Below, piece by piece: positions 18,421 through 28,424 of a stretch of DNA of 64,000 bases; the stretch's first letter is position 1; each line of letters starts with the position of its first letter. The notes under the pieces are model-generated. The model saw only the letters and a list, made by a program, of their open reading frames with translations. It had not been told where the DNA came from and ran no database searches. A program made the translations under genes and the position numbers. The stretch comes from Candidatus Falkowbacteria bacterium GW2011_GWF2_43_32. GTDB taxonomy: Bacteria; Patescibacteriota; Patescibacteriia; Patescibacteriales; UBA12465. Where the stretch lies: NCBI GenBank assembly GCA_000999715.1, contig LCGL01000001.1, positions 3,139 through 67,138 on the forward strand, read 5' to 3'.

Positions 18421-18780
18421 TTAGAGAATACGTCGCAAACCGCCGATCAAACCGGATTTTGCGCCGCTCCCGGAACCGCCGGTTTTGGCTTTATTGCTCG
18501 GTCCATTTTGCATTTCGCTGAAAGCTTTTTTTTGCAATTCCCGCGCCGTCGCGCTGGAGCCCAGGCGGGACATTTTATTATATTTTTGTTCCGCTCGCAA
18601 CAAACCTCTTTGTCCGTAAGCTTGCCCGCCGGCACTTGATCCCGCCAACCCGGTGAACTCCGCCTCCGTTTGAATTTTCAAACCGGCCCAATCCAACTGA
18701 TTGTTGGGATCGCGATTGATTCTTCCCGGCCGCGACACGGCTTTTTTGCCGCGAACGGCAAATAAATTCATATTACCCAT
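18421..18780 (-). CDS. Hypothetical protein (Gly/Ser/Ala-rich, likely disordered)
   Basis: 119-aa ORF; 3 nt before map and 1 nt after the upstream ORF; no recognisable motif. Confidence 0.4.
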   Translation of the reverse strand: MGNMNLFAVRGKKAVSRPGRINRDPNNQLDWAGLKIQTEAEFTGLAGSSAGGQAYGQRGLLRAEQKYNKMSRLGSSATARELQKKAFSEMQNGPSNKAKTGGSGSGAKSGLIGGLRRIL

Positions 18781-18781
18781 A

Positions 18782-19081
18782 TTATTTGGTTTTAAAACTT
18801 TCTAACAAATCCCTGATCTGCTCCAAATCTTGATAAGTCAATTTTAATTTCAAGCGATTTTGGTACAAACGATACATGTCTTCTCTGACGGTAAATCGTG
18901 ACGGCGTAATTCCGTCGCGCAATTTTTCCTGATATTTTTTAAGCAAATCCAAAATCAAACCGCGATTGGCCTCGTCCAGGTTTTTATAACGCGGATTAGT
19001 CCGCAACATTTTTTGGAATCGCTGTTCCAAACGATAAATGGTTTGATCGGCCAATCCCTTGGCCACGCCGGTTAAATCCAT
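18782..19081 (-). CDS. Hypothetical helical protein
   Basis: 99-aa ORF, first gene after the secY terminator; occupies the slot where adk normally sits. Confidence 0.4.
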   Translation of the reverse strand: MDLTGVAKGLADQTIYRLEQRFQKMLRTNPRYKNLDEANRGLILDLLKKYQEKLRDGITPSRFTVREDMYRLYQNRLKLKLTYQDLEQIRDLLESFKTK

Positions 19082-19132
19082 AGTAATCTCGATTAATAAA
19101 TTTCAAAAGATATATTTATTATATCATAAAAA

Positions 19133-19154
19133 ATAACGGCCAACCAGCCGCTAT
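19133..19154 (-). terminator. Rho-independent terminator after secY
   Basis: On the minus strand, AUAGCGGC-UGGUUG-GCCGUUAU (one G.U) followed by a U6 run. Confidence 0.55.
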
Positions 19155-19187
19155 TTTTTATTTTATATTAAACAAAATATATCAAAA

Positions 19188-20459
19188 TTAGAGTCCGTCA
19201 TACTCCCGCATGGTCAATTGGGATTCAATCTGCTTGACGGTTTCAATCACTACTGAAACGACAATCAACAAGCTCGTGCCGCCGATGGACAAAGCCTGAA
19301 TGCCGGTAAAATAACGCATCACCAGCGGTAAAACGGCAATCAAGCCCAAAAATAAAGCGCCGACCAAAATGATTTTATGAGTAGTCCCGGACAAATATTC
19401 TTCGGTATTCTTGCCCGGTCGGATACCGGGAATAAACCCACCTTGCTTCTGTAAATTCTCGGCGATTTGTTTGGGATGAAAAACGACTTCGGTATAAAAA
19501 TAAGTGAAAGCGAACACCATCAAAAAGTAAATGATGCCGTAAAATAATTGATTGTTGAATAACTCTATCGTTCCGGCCGCAGCCCGGGCAATCCAGGCTG
19601 TCTTCGCGTGAATGAAAAACTGCGCAATCATGGACGGAAACAACACCACGGAAATGGCGAAGATAATCGGAATAACGCCGGCCATATTGACGCGCAAAGG
19701 CAAATGCGAACTGGTGCCGCCATAAGCGCGGTTACCGCGAATCTGCCGCGCGTATTGCACCGGCACGTTACGTTGACCTTCATTAATAATAACGACGCCG
19801 ACTACCGTAATAATGGCGATAACGACGAAACCGATCAAAGTGAACAGTTGCGCCTGATCAAAAGTGATAATCAATTGTCGGAGAATCTGCGGCAAGCTGG
19901 CGACGATACCGGCGAAGATGAGCAAAGAAATACCGTTACCGATTTTCTTTTCGGAAATCAATTCTCCGATCCACATCAAGAAAATCGAACCGGCGGTAAT
20001 GGTCATGATCATAATGCCGAAATCCAACGGCGTAATCGTGCCCAAAATGGCGGCCGAACTGCGACGCAACAAGGTAATCATGCCGTAAGCCTGCAAAGCG
20101 CCCAACGGTACGGTCAACCAACGCGTCCACATATTGATTTTCTGTTGTCCGGCCTCCTCTTTCTGCATCTCTTCAACGGACGGAACAATCATGCCTAACA
20201 ATTGAAAAATAATGGATGAAGTGATATAAGGAGCGACGCCCATCATCACGATGGAAAAATTCTCCATGCCGCCGCCGGAAAACAAATTCATCAAACCTAA
20301 AATCTGATTGGAGGCGAACAAATTTTTTAAGGCCACATAGTTTACGCCGGGAATCGGAATATGAGCCGCCAAACGAAAAATAACCAGCATCGTCAAAACG
20401 AACAGAATGCTGTTCCGCAGATCCTTAGCCTTCCAGATTTGCGTTAGTTTATCAAACAT
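19188..20459 (-). CDS. secY: Preprotein translocase subunit SecY
   Basis: 423 aa, 10-TM pattern with typical SecY motifs; spc-operon position. Confidence 0.95.
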   Translation of the reverse strand: MFDKLTQIWKAKDLRNSILFVLTMLVIFRLAAHIPIPGVNYVALKNLFASNQILGLMNLFSGGGMENFSIVMMGVAPYITSSIIFQLLGMIVPSVEEMQKEEAGQQKINMWTRWLTVPLGALQAYGMITLLRRSSAAILGTITPLDFGIMIMTITAGSIFLMWIGELISEKKIGNGISLLIFAGIVASLPQILRQLIITFDQAQLFTLIGFVVIAIITVVGVVIINEGQRNVPVQYARQIRGNRAYGGTSSHLPLRVNMAGVIPIIFAISVVLFPSMIAQFFIHAKTAWIARAAAGTIELFNNQLFYGIIYFLMVFAFTYFYTEVVFHPKQIAENLQKQGGFIPGIRPGKNTEEYLSGTTHKIILVGALFLGLIAVLPLVMRYFTGIQALSIGGTSLLIVVSVVIETVKQIESQLTMREYDGL

Positions 20460-20489
20460 AAATGATTAAAGCTAAAAATTAACCGAGGT

Positions 20490-20912
20490 TTATTTTTGTC
20501 CGGCCGTTTGATCTTGCACGCCGGCGCTCATTTTTATTTTCTCAAATTTAACCTTAACGGTCAATTTTTCTTTGCCCAAAATCTTGACCGGCAAAGAGAC
20601 CGAGCCGATTAATTTCTTTTCCGCCAAAGTCGTCGGATTAACCGTTTCGCCGTCTTTGAAATGGCGATTAATCGCTTTAACGCTCACCACCTGATTCTTC
20701 GGTTGCAAGGAACGAAAGCCGCGAGACTTCGGAATTTGCAACAAACCGGCGCGCATACCCAAGCGCTTCAAACCGGAGACGCCGGAACGAGATTTTTGTC
20801 CTTTAAGACCGCGGGTACTGTAAGTACCATGACCGGAAGCGTTACCGCGACCGACACGTTTACCTTTCCGGGAAGAGCCTTTGGCTTTTTTAATCGTATT
20901 AAGTGATAACAT
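20490..20912 (-). CDS. rplO: 50S ribosomal protein L15
   Basis: GRGNASGHGTYSTRGLKGQKSRSG motif; synteny. Confidence 0.9.
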   Translation of the reverse strand: MLSLNTIKKAKGSSRKGKRVGRGNASGHGTYSTRGLKGQKSRSGVSGLKRLGMRAGLLQIPKSRGFRSLQPKNQVVSVKAINRHFKDGETVNPTTLAEKKLIGSVSLPVKILGKEKLTVKVKFEKIKMSAGVQDQTAGQK

Positions 20913-20949
20913 ATGAGTAATATCGCTTGTTAATTCTTAGCGGCGACTT

Positions 20950-21627
20950 TTAATTTTTATCGGCCACTTCTTTTTTATCTTCTTTAACTTCCTGACCGGA
21001 CTCCCGACGAGCTTCCTTGCCGGCGCCGGACGGTTCTTTCTTTCTCAATTGCGCCAAAGCGTCAATCGTACAACGAGCATTGTTGATTTTGCTCTTGGAA
21101 CCTAAAGTCTTGCTGGTAACGTTCTTGACACCGGCCAATTCCAAAATGATACGGGTAACGCCGCCGGCGATAACGCCGCGACCGGTTTTAGCCGGTTTCA
21201 ACATAATTTTGGCCGCGCCCATTTTATGAAAAATCGCGTGCGGAATGGTGTCTTTCACCGTCGGCACGTTAATCATTTTCTTTTTGGCGTGATTGACGGC
21301 TTTATTGACGGCCATAGTAACATCGGCGCCTTTGCCCAATCCGATACCGACATTTCCCTTTTTATCCCCCAAGGCCACGCAAGCCCGAAAATTCATTCTT
21401 TTACCACCGGCCATAACGCGCGTTACTCTGGCGATTTCCAAAATCCGTTGCTCCAAATCGTCTTTCGGACGATCGTCGCGTCTGGATCCGCCGCGTTGAC
21501 CGCGTCCGCCGTCGCGACCGCCTCCTTGGCGGCGATTCTTGGCGGCGCCATACAAATCTTTGGCCACGGTTTGAGCCGCACCTTTGTCAACAGCGTCGGT
21601 TGGTTGATTTTTTTTCTCTTCGGGCAT
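20950..21627 (-). CDS. rpsE: 30S ribosomal protein S5 (with RGG-rich N-terminal and K/E-rich C-terminal extensions)
   Basis: Core VTRVMAGGKRMNFRACVALGDKKGNVGIGLGKG; synteny. Confidence 0.9.
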   Translation of the reverse strand: MPEEKKNQPTDAVDKGAAQTVAKDLYGAAKNRRQGGGRDGGRGQRGGSRRDDRPKDDLEQRILEIARVTRVMAGGKRMNFRACVALGDKKGNVGIGLGKGADVTMAVNKAVNHAKKKMINVPTVKDTIPHAIFHKMGAAKIMLKPAKTGRGVIAGGVTRIILELAGVKNVTSKTLGSKSKINNARCTIDALAQLRKKEPSGAGKEARRESGQEVKEDKKEVADKN

Positions 21628-21648
21628 ATTGGCTAAATTATATGTTTA

Positions 21649-22002
21649 TTAAAATTCCAGACCGCCTTCGCGCGCTCCTTCGGCCGCCGCTTTCACCCGG
21701 CCATGATATTTATAAGAGCCGCGATCAAAAACCGCTTTGGTCACTTTCTTGGTTTTGGCTTTCTGGGCAATCAGTTTTCCCAATTCTTTTCCTAAGTCCA
21801 CCTTGCCGGCCGTTTTTTTGACTTCTTTCACGCCGGCACTGGCGATAGTGGTGCCTGTTGAATCATCAATCAATTGTAAAAACATCCCCTTGTTGGAACG
21901 AAAAACGCTCAAACGAGGTTTAAGCTCGGTCCCCGCAATCTTCGCGCGAACGCGACGATGACGGCTGAGCTGTTGTTGTCTTTTACCTTTAATTTTATTC
22001 AT
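21649..22002 (-). CDS. rplR: 50S ribosomal protein L18
   Basis: RHRRVRAKIAGTELKPRLSVFRSNK. Start set at ATG 22002, because the ORF-track extension overlaps rplF. Confidence 0.9.
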   Translation of the reverse strand: MNKIKGKRQQQLSRHRRVRAKIAGTELKPRLSVFRSNKGMFLQLIDDSTGTTIASAGVKEVKKTAGKVDLGKELGKLIAQKAKTKKVTKAVFDRGSYKYHGRVKAAAEGAREGGLEF

Positions 22003-22027
22003 ATGATTAAAAACTGATAATAAGGGA

Positions 22028-22576
22028 TTACTTGGCGCCCTTGACCGTCGCTTTTCCGGCTTTGCGTCTGATAATTTCTTCGGCATATTTAACGCCTTTG
22101 CCTTTATAAGGCTCCGGACGACGAATTTTTCTGATCTGCGCGGCCATTTCGCCGACTAAAGCTTTATCGATGCCGCTCAAAGTGATGACATTATCGGCGA
22201 CAGTGGCACTCACTCCGGCCGGTAATTTGAATTCTATCGGATGTGAGAACCCCAAACTCATATTCAAATTATTGCCGCTGACAGCGGCGCGATAACCGAC
22301 GCCGTTAATTTCCAATTTTCTGGTAAAACCGACTCCCACGCCTTCCACGGCATTTTTGATCAAACTCCACATCAAACCCCAAACCGCGGCGGCGTTTTTT
22401 TCCTCCTTATTGCGCAGAGCGACCGTAACTTCCGAAGGCGTGACCGTGACTTCAACATTGGCGTCAAGCTTCAAACGGAATTCTCCTTTCGGTCCTTTGA
22501 ACGTCATCTCCCCTTCCTGGACCGTGGCTTGAACGCCGGCGTTTAATTTAATTGGCAATTTTCCTAAACGTGACAT
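22028..22576 (-). CDS. rplF: 50S ribosomal protein L6
   Basis: MSRLGKLPIKL.. and GVGYRA motifs; synteny. Confidence 0.9.
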   Translation of the reverse strand: MSRLGKLPIKLNAGVQATVQEGEMTFKGPKGEFRLKLDANVEVTVTPSEVTVALRNKEEKNAAAVWGLMWSLIKNAVEGVGVGFTRKLEINGVGYRAAVSGNNLNMSLGFSHPIEFKLPAGVSATVADNVITLSGIDKALVGEMAAQIRKIRRPEPYKGKGVKYAEEIIRRKAGKATVKGAK

Positions 22577-22594
22577 AAACGGATAAATAATTGA

Positions 22595-23005
22595 TTAAAA
22601 GATTTCTCCCAAAACCTCTCCGCCGATCTGATTCTTTTTCGCTTCTTTGTCGGTCATCAAGCCTCGAGAGGTGGAGATGATCGCCAAACCGAAATGATTC
22701 AAAACCGTCGGAATTTCATTTTTAGAAACATAAATACGCAAACCCGGCCGACTGATGCGGTTAATAGCGCTAATCTGCGGCTTGCCGTTCTTGCGATATT
22801 TCAACTGAATCTGCAATTCGTCAAATTTGCTATGAGCGCCATTCAAGCCGCCGGGGATAACCGTCACTTTTTTAATCCAGCCTTCGGCTTCCAGAATCTT
22901 GGCCACCTCATATTTTAATTTGCTCATTGGCAAAACAAGCTCCGGTTTCTTGACGGCGGAGGCGTTTCTGATTCTTGTAAACATGTCTGCGATGGGATCC
23001 ATCAT
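22595..23005 (-). CDS. rpsH: 30S ribosomal protein S8
   Basis: DPIADMFTRIRNA N-terminus; synteny. Confidence 0.9.
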   Translation of the reverse strand: MMDPIADMFTRIRNASAVKKPELVLPMSKLKYEVAKILEAEGWIKKVTVIPGGLNGAHSKFDELQIQLKYRKNGKPQISAINRISRPGLRIYVSKNEIPTVLNHFGLAIISTSRGLMTDKEAKKNQIGGEVLGEIF

Positions 23006-23086
23006 ATTAGTTTGAAAGTTGAAGTTATAAAGTTAAACTCTGTTCGTCGCGATCTTGTATAACTTCACAACTCAATAAATGATAAC

Positions 23087-23272
23087 TTACCAGCTGGACT
23101 TCCTGATTCCCGGCAAATCGCCATTGTTGGCCAATTCTCGGAAACAAATCCGGCATAATTTAAAATCGCGCATATAGCCGTGATTACGGCCGCAACGCCA
23201 ACACCGATTGATCTTCCGGGTGGAAAATTTCGGTTTTCTTTTTGCCTTAACGATTAAAGCGGTTCTAGCCAT
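23087..23272 (-). CDS. rpsZ: 30S ribosomal protein S14, type Z (zinc-binding, 61 aa)
   Basis: [36 protein letters not shown]. Start at internal ATG 23272, because the longer ORF overlaps rplE. Confidence 0.9.
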   Translation of the reverse strand: MARTALIVKAKRKPKFSTRKINRCWRCGRNHGYMRDFKLCRICFRELANNGDLPGIRKSSW

Positions 23273-23282
23273 AGTATTTAAA

Positions 23283-23831
23283 TTATTTGCTGTCTTTTTT
23301 AAAAGGGAAACCCAAAGCGCGGAACAATTCCAAACCCGCCTCCCGATTCTTGGCGCTCGTTCCCAAACAAACTTCCAAGCCGAAAATATTGCTGTCCGCT
23401 TCATCGGCCAAAATTTCCGGGAAAGAAACGTATTCCTTGAAACCGACCGTCATATTCCCTTCTCGATCCACCGACTTTTCGCTGATACCGCGAAAATCGC
23501 GAACGCGCGGAAAAACGATATTAACCAATCTTTCCACAAAGTCATACATCCGCTGTCCTCGCAAAGTGACTTTGGCGCCGATAATCAAACCTTCTCTGAT
23601 TTTGAAAGCGGAAATGGATTTTTTGGACACGGTTAAAACCGGTTTCTGTCCGGCAATCTTGGTCAAGCCCTTTTCCACGTTAGCCATAAAATCTTTTTCT
23701 TTGACGTGGCGGCCGAAACCGACGTTCAAAACCACCTTGGTCAAACGCGGCACCAGCAGGCTGTTCTTGAAGCCCAACTTGGTCTTCAATTCCGGGGCGA
23801 TTTGTTTTTGATATTTTTCTTTTAATCTCAT
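23283..23831 (-). CDS. rplE: 50S ribosomal protein L5
   Basis: [23 protein letters not shown]; synteny. Confidence 0.9.
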   Translation of the reverse strand: MRLKEKYQKQIAPELKTKLGFKNSLLVPRLTKVVLNVGFGRHVKEKDFMANVEKGLTKIAGQKPVLTVSKKSISAFKIREGLIIGAKVTLRGQRMYDFVERLVNIVFPRVRDFRGISEKSVDREGNMTVGFKEYVSFPEILADEADSNIFGLEVCLGTSAKNREAGLELFRALGFPFKKDSK

Positions 23832-23835
23832 ATAA

Positions 23836-24171
23836 TTACTCGATTACTTCCTGACATTTCTGACAAACGCGGAATTTTTTCGCTTTTTTACCTTCAATAT
23901 TTAAAACTTTATGACCGACACGAGTGGCCTGTCCGCATTTCGGGCATAACAAAGCCAAATTGGAAACCGCCATAAAAGCGGGAAACTCGATTCTCTGGCC
24001 CTTTTCTCCTTGTTTGCTGGGACGCATGTGCTTAATCAGCAAATTCAAACCTTCAATGCTGGCTTTGCCGGCCGATTGGGAGGTGGCGGGAATGACTTGC
24101 AGAACCTTGCCGGTCTTGCCTTTGTCTTTCCCGGCGAGAATCTTCACTTTGTCGTTCTTTTTGATATTCAT
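23836..24171 (-). CDS. rplX: 50S ribosomal protein L24 (Cys-containing form, CPKC..CQKC)
   Basis: KOW motif KKNDKVKILAGKDKGKTGKV; synteny. Confidence 0.9.
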   Translation of the reverse strand: MNIKKNDKVKILAGKDKGKTGKVLQVIPATSQSAGKASIEGLNLLIKHMRPSKQGEKGQRIEFPAFMAVSNLALLCPKCGQATRVGHKVLNIEGKKAKKFRVCQKCQEVIE

Positions 24172-24189
24172 ATAAATGCCAACAAATGT

Positions 24190-24564
24190 TTATAAAACTT
24201 CCGGCGCCAACGAAGCGATTTTGGCGAAGCCCGCCTTTCTCACTTCACGGGCGATCGGTCCGAAAATACGCGTGCCTTTCGGTTCCTTTTTCTCGGCGTC
24301 AACGACAATCACGCAAGCGTTGTCGTCAAAACGCAGATAGGATCCGTCGGGACGACGAATTTCTTTTTTGGTGCGCACCACCACCGCTTTGACCACATCG
24401 CTTTTTTTGACGGCGGCATGCGGCACGGCCGATTTGACCGCGGCCACAATAATGTCGCCGACGTGGGCATAACGTCTTTTATAACCGCCGATAACCCGAA
24501 TGCATTGCACTTCTTTGGCTCCGGAATTGTCGGCCACCTTTAAATATGTTTGGACCTGAATCAT
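24190..24564 (-). CDS. rplN: 50S ribosomal protein L14
   Basis: [17 protein letters not shown]; synteny. Confidence 0.95.
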   Translation of the reverse strand: MIQVQTYLKVADNSGAKEVQCIRVIGGYKRRYAHVGDIIVAAVKSAVPHAAVKKSDVVKAVVVRTKKEIRRPDGSYLRFDDNACVIVVDAEKKEPKGTRIFGPIAREVRKAGFAKIASLAPEVL

Positions 24565-24569
24565 ATTGA

Positions 24570-24845
24570 TTAAATTTTATGACTTACCCGCCATCTTTTA
24601 TCGCGGCTCAAGGGACGACATTCCACAAACACGACCTTATCGCCGACGTGATATTCGTTTTTCTCGTCATGTACTTTAAAGCGTCGGCTAACCGTATAGC
24701 GTTTGTGATATTTGGGGTGCTGTTTGATGGACTCCACTTTAACGACGATGGTCTTGTCATTTTTATCGCTGACCACCGTGCCGTTGAATTGACGTCCGCC
24801 GATTTTCGGCTGTTCCGTTGTCGCCGCCGTTGAAACTTTAGACAT
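24570..24845 (-). CDS. rpsQ: 30S ribosomal protein S17
   Basis: [24 protein letters not shown]; synteny. Confidence 0.9.
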   Translation of the reverse strand: MSKVSTAATTEQPKIGGRQFNGTVVSDKNDKTIVVKVESIKQHPKYHKRYTVSRRFKVHDEKNEYHVGDKVVFVECRPLSRDKRWRVSHKI

Positions 24846-24846
24846 A

Positions 24847-25044
24847 TTATTTTTGCTTACTTAAGATAGTTAAAATCCGCGCTACCGTCTGCCGGACAAG
24901 CCGAATCTCCCGAATATTTTTCAATTGCTTGTTAGAATCTTTAAAACGCAAATCGCGAAGTTTTTCCTGATTGGCACTCAGCATTTTTTGCAAATCCGCC
25001 TTATCTTTAGTTTGTAATTCTTTAAATTCCATATGGTTAAACAA
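24847..25044 (-). CDS. rpmC: 50S ribosomal protein L29
   Basis: ELQTKDKADLQKML..LRDLRF; synteny. The start could instead be the internal Met at 25032. Confidence 0.85.
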   Translation of the reverse strand: MFNHMEFKELQTKDKADLQKMLSANQEKLRDLRFKDSNKQLKNIREIRLVRQTVARILTILSKQK

Positions 25045-25452
25045 TTATTCTTTGCTGATAAACTGACACTTGACCGGCAATTTATGCCCGGCCAATTCCA
25101 TCGCTTTTTTCGCCACTTCCCGGGTTATTCCTTCCATCTCAAACATAATCGTGCCCGGTTTGACGATCGCCACGTAATAATCCACCGCGCCCTTGCCTTT
25201 ACCCATGGGAATTTCCCCGCCATGCGCGGTGACCGGCTTATCCGGAAAAATTCTGATCCACACCCGGCCGCCCTTGGCGACATAACGGGTAAGCACGCGC
25301 CGCGCCGCTTCGATCTGGCGTGAAGTCACCCAACAAGCGGACAAACTCTTCAGGCCGAAACTGCCGAAACTGATATTCAAACAACGGCTGGCCTTACCGC
25401 CTCGCCGGCGCTTTTGATCTTTTCTCCATTTTGTTTTCTTGGGCATTAACAT
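25045..25452 (-). CDS. rplP: 50S ribosomal protein L16
   Basis: MLMPKKTKWRK..; IWIRIFPDKPVT; synteny. Confidence 0.95.
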   Translation of the reverse strand: MLMPKKTKWRKDQKRRRGGKASRCLNISFGSFGLKSLSACWVTSRQIEAARRVLTRYVAKGGRVWIRIFPDKPVTAHGGEIPMGKGKGAVDYYVAIVKPGTIMFEMEGITREVAKKAMELAGHKLPVKCQFISKE

Positions 25453-25480
25453 ATCTTTGGTTGAAAATGGTAAAATTAAT

Positions 25481-26161
25481 TTATTCGGCGATCACTTCGC
25501 CCTTGGCCGTTTTGTCTTTTTCAAAAACTTCTCCTTTGTAAACCCAAACTTTGATGCCGACCGCTCCGTAAGTGGTGTGAGCGGCGCCACGGGCATAATC
25601 AATATCGGCGCGCAAAGTTTGCAGAGGCACTTTGCCCCAAACCAATTTTTCGTCGCGAGCGATTTCCGCCCCGTTCAATCTTCCGGCCATCATGATTTTG
25701 GCGCCTAAAGCACCGGCTCGCTCCACTTTCGCCAAAGCCTGCTTCATCACTTTGCGAAAAGGCATTCTTTTTTCAATTTCCAAAATCATGGATTGAACGA
25801 CGATTTGCGCGCTCAAATTCGGACGATTGGCTTCTTTGATATTTAAATTTATTTCGCCTAAACGAAAATTGCGTAAAAACTTATCGTGTAATTTCTTTTT
25901 CAATTCTTCCGCGCCATTACCGCCCCGACCGATAATCAAACCCGGCTTGGCGGTGGCAACGTTAATTTCTATCTTATTGATACTGCGGATAATTTCCGTT
26001 TGATCGATGCCCGCTTCCTTGAATTCGCGCACCATATACTTGCGGATACCGACATCCTGCTTGATGTTCTGAACATATTTGTCGCCGCGCTCAAACCATA
26101 AAGACGGCCAAGTTTTGGTGACACCCATGCGAAAGATTTTCGGATTAACTTTTTTACCCAT
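25481..26161 (-). CDS. rpsC: 30S ribosomal protein S3
   Basis: MGKKVNPKIFRMG.. with KH domain; synteny. Confidence 0.95.
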   Translation of the reverse strand: MGKKVNPKIFRMGVTKTWPSLWFERGDKYVQNIKQDVGIRKYMVREFKEAGIDQTEIIRSINKIEINVATAKPGLIIGRGGNGAEELKKKLHDKFLRNFRLGEINLNIKEANRPNLSAQIVVQSMILEIEKRMPFRKVMKQALAKVERAGALGAKIMMAGRLNGAEIARDEKLVWGKVPLQTLRADIDYARGAAHTTYGAVGIKVWVYKGEVFEKDKTAKGEVIAE

Positions 26162-26184
26162 ATGTATTTGACAATAATAAATTA

Positions 26185-26796
26185 TTACCCGGACTTGCGT
26201 CTGAACATCTTGCCGGAAAAGCCTTTGCCGCCTTCAATCTTGGCATGGCCATGACGACCCTCCGAGCGCGGATCGACGATTTCCTTGACGCTTTCCGAAA
26301 CTACGGCCGTGCTCTTCGTCGGTTTCAAATCTTTATTGGCTTTGGACACTTCCCGCTTTTTTTCCGGTTTTGTTTTCAAAGTCTTCTCGCCGTCTTTCGC
26401 CAATTTTTCCAATTTTACCGGTTCGTCAACTTTAACTTTTTTCTTGTCCCGGGAACCGCTGGCCACTACTTCCGCCAAAACGATATAAATATGACAACCG
26501 CGTTTCCGCAAGGAGGTCGCCCGACCGTGCGCCCGCGGCATCCAGCGTTTCAACATGACCCCTTCGTCGGATCTGATTTCTTTGATATATAAATTATCGG
26601 CGGACAAACTATAAGTTTCAACCGCGTTGGCAATAGCCGATTTCAACAGTTTGGCTACCGGTTCGGCCGCGCCTTTATTAAGAAAACGCAATTGGTCCAA
26701 GGCGGTCTGCACCGGCATTTTGCGGATAACATCAATCACCAAACGGACTTTCCGCGGCGACATTCTTAAATGTTTTAAACTGGCTTTCACTTCCAT
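26185..26796 (-). CDS. rplV: 50S ribosomal protein L22 with a K/E-rich C-terminal extension of about 85 aa
   Basis: LKHLRMSPRKVRLVIDVIR core; synteny. Confidence 0.9.
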   Translation of the reverse strand: MEVKASLKHLRMSPRKVRLVIDVIRKMPVQTALDQLRFLNKGAAEPVAKLLKSAIANAVETYSLSADNLYIKEIRSDEGVMLKRWMPRAHGRATSLRKRGCHIYIVLAEVVASGSRDKKKVKVDEPVKLEKLAKDGEKTLKTKPEKKREVSKANKDLKPTKSTAVVSESVKEIVDPRSEGRHGHAKIEGGKGFSGKMFRRKSG

Positions 26797-26808
26797 ATGA
26801 TCTAATTA

Positions 26809-27105
26809 TTATTTTTTAGCCTTGGTGTCCGTCGCCTGCGCTTTGGCAATTTTTCCGCCGTGCGAAACGAATTTTCGCGTCGCGGCAAATTCGCCCAAAC
26901 GGTGCCCGACCATATTTTCCACGATATAAACGGGCAAATGAGTCTTGCCGTTATGGACGCCTAAAGTAAAGCCGACCATTTCCGGAGTAATGGAACACGC
27001 CCGATCCCAAACCTTAATTACGGTTTTGTCTCCCGGTTGCAAATTTTTTATTTTATTGAGCAGTCGTACATTCACATACGGCCCCTTTTTCGAACTTCTG
27101 GACAT
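26809..27105 (-). CDS. rpsS: 30S ribosomal protein S19
   Basis: [24 protein letters not shown]; synteny. Confidence 0.95.
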   Translation of the reverse strand: MSRSSKKGPYVNVRLLNKIKNLQPGDKTVIKVWDRACSITPEMVGFTLGVHNGKTHLPVYIVENMVGHRLGEFAATRKFVSHGGKIAKAQATDTKAKK

Positions 27106-27122
27106 ATATTATAATTTAACGT

Positions 27123-27959
27123 TTATTTACGTTTTGTCCGGCGTCTGACAATCAAACGATCGGAACGGCCGCGCCGTCTGGTCTTGACTCCCAAGGCCGG
27201 CTTGCCCCAAATGGTCTTCGGATGACGCAAACCGATCGGCTGTTTGCCTTCACCACCGCCATGCGGATGATCGACCGGATTCATGGCCGTACCGCGAACC
27301 GTCGGACGAATTCCCAAATAACGACTGCGACCGGCTTTACCGAGCGAAACATGACGATGATCGGAATTGCTCACTTGGCCGACCGTGCACAAACATTCTT
27401 TTTTCACTTGACGAATTTCTCCGGACGGCATCTTCAACTGGGCATACTTCCCTTCCACACCCATGACATAAACGACGTTGCCGGCACTGCGAGCGATTTT
27501 CGCTCCCCGACCCGGTTCCAATTCAATGCAATTGACCGCCAAACCGGCCGGAATAAACTGCAAAGGTAAAGCATTACCGATTTTTATTTCAATTAATTCT
27601 TGCGAACTCATTATTTTATCGCCCACTTTTAAATCCTGAGGAGCGATGATATAGGTTTTTACTCCGTCAACATAATATAATAAAGCCAACCTGGCGCCGC
27701 GAGCCGGATCATATTCAATCGCCTTGACGATCGCCGGCACATTAAATTTATCGCGCTTAAAATCAATCAAGCGGATATAACGCTTGGCGCCGCCGCCACG
27801 ATGACGAACGGTGATTTTACCGCTGGCATTGCGACCGCCGCTGCGCTTGCGAATCATCACTAAATTCTTTTCCGGAGAAAATTTGGTCAAATCGGCAAAA
27901 TCGTCAAAAGTCGCTCCTCTTCTTCCCGGCGTATTCGCTTTTACTTTTTTTATTCCCAT
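27123..27959 (-). CDS. rplB: 50S ribosomal protein L2
   Basis: GRNASGKITVRHRGGG, MNPVDHPHGGGEG; synteny. Confidence 0.95.
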   Translation of the reverse strand: MGIKKVKANTPGRRGATFDDFADLTKFSPEKNLVMIRKRSGGRNASGKITVRHRGGGAKRYIRLIDFKRDKFNVPAIVKAIEYDPARGARLALLYYVDGVKTYIIAPQDLKVGDKIMSSQELIEIKIGNALPLQFIPAGLAVNCIELEPGRGAKIARSAGNVVYVMGVEGKYAQLKMPSGEIRQVKKECLCTVGQVSNSDHRHVSLGKAGRSRYLGIRPTVRGTAMNPVDHPHGGGEGKQPIGLRHPKTIWGKPALGVKTRRRGRSDRLIVRRRTKRK

Positions 27960-27982
27960 ATGTAAATAATAAAAGAGTTAAA

Positions 27983-28420
27983 TTAAACGCCTTCGTAAAT
28001 CTGAATAGTCTTGCCCGGCGGCAAAGTAACCACCGCTTTGCGCCAATCTTTTCTCTGACCGCTGATACGTCCGCGTACGGTTCGTTTGCCGGAAACATTC
28101 ATGATATTGACTTTTACCGGTTTGACTCCGTAAACGGTCTGAATCGCCTTGGCGACCGCAATAACGTTCGCTCCGTTATCCACGACAAATACATATTTAT
28201 TGGCCGCATTCAAGTTGGTGGCCTTTTCGGTCACCAAAGGTTTGACCAAAACAGTGGCCGCGGACGCCACGGCTCCGGCCACAGTCTTCGCTTGACCGCC
28301 GCTGGTCGCGGATACCGCCGCATCGCTATATAAATCCCGCATAGAGGTCGCCGATTTCTTTTCTTCCGTTTGAGGTTTGTTGACGACGTCCCCGGTTTTT
28401 TTTGATCCGAATAAAGACAT
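27983..28420 (-). CDS. rplW: 50S ribosomal protein L23 with an N-terminal extension of about 50 aa
   Basis: LVKPLVTEKAT..KYVFVVD core; synteny. Confidence 0.85.
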   Translation of the reverse strand: MSLFGSKKTGDVVNKPQTEEKKSATSMRDLYSDAAVSATSGGQAKTVAGAVASAATVLVKPLVTEKATNLNAANKYVFVVDNGANVIAVAKAIQTVYGVKPVKVNIMNVSGKRTVRGRISGQRKDWRKAVVTLPPGKTIQIYEGV

Positions 28421-28424
28421 AAAT

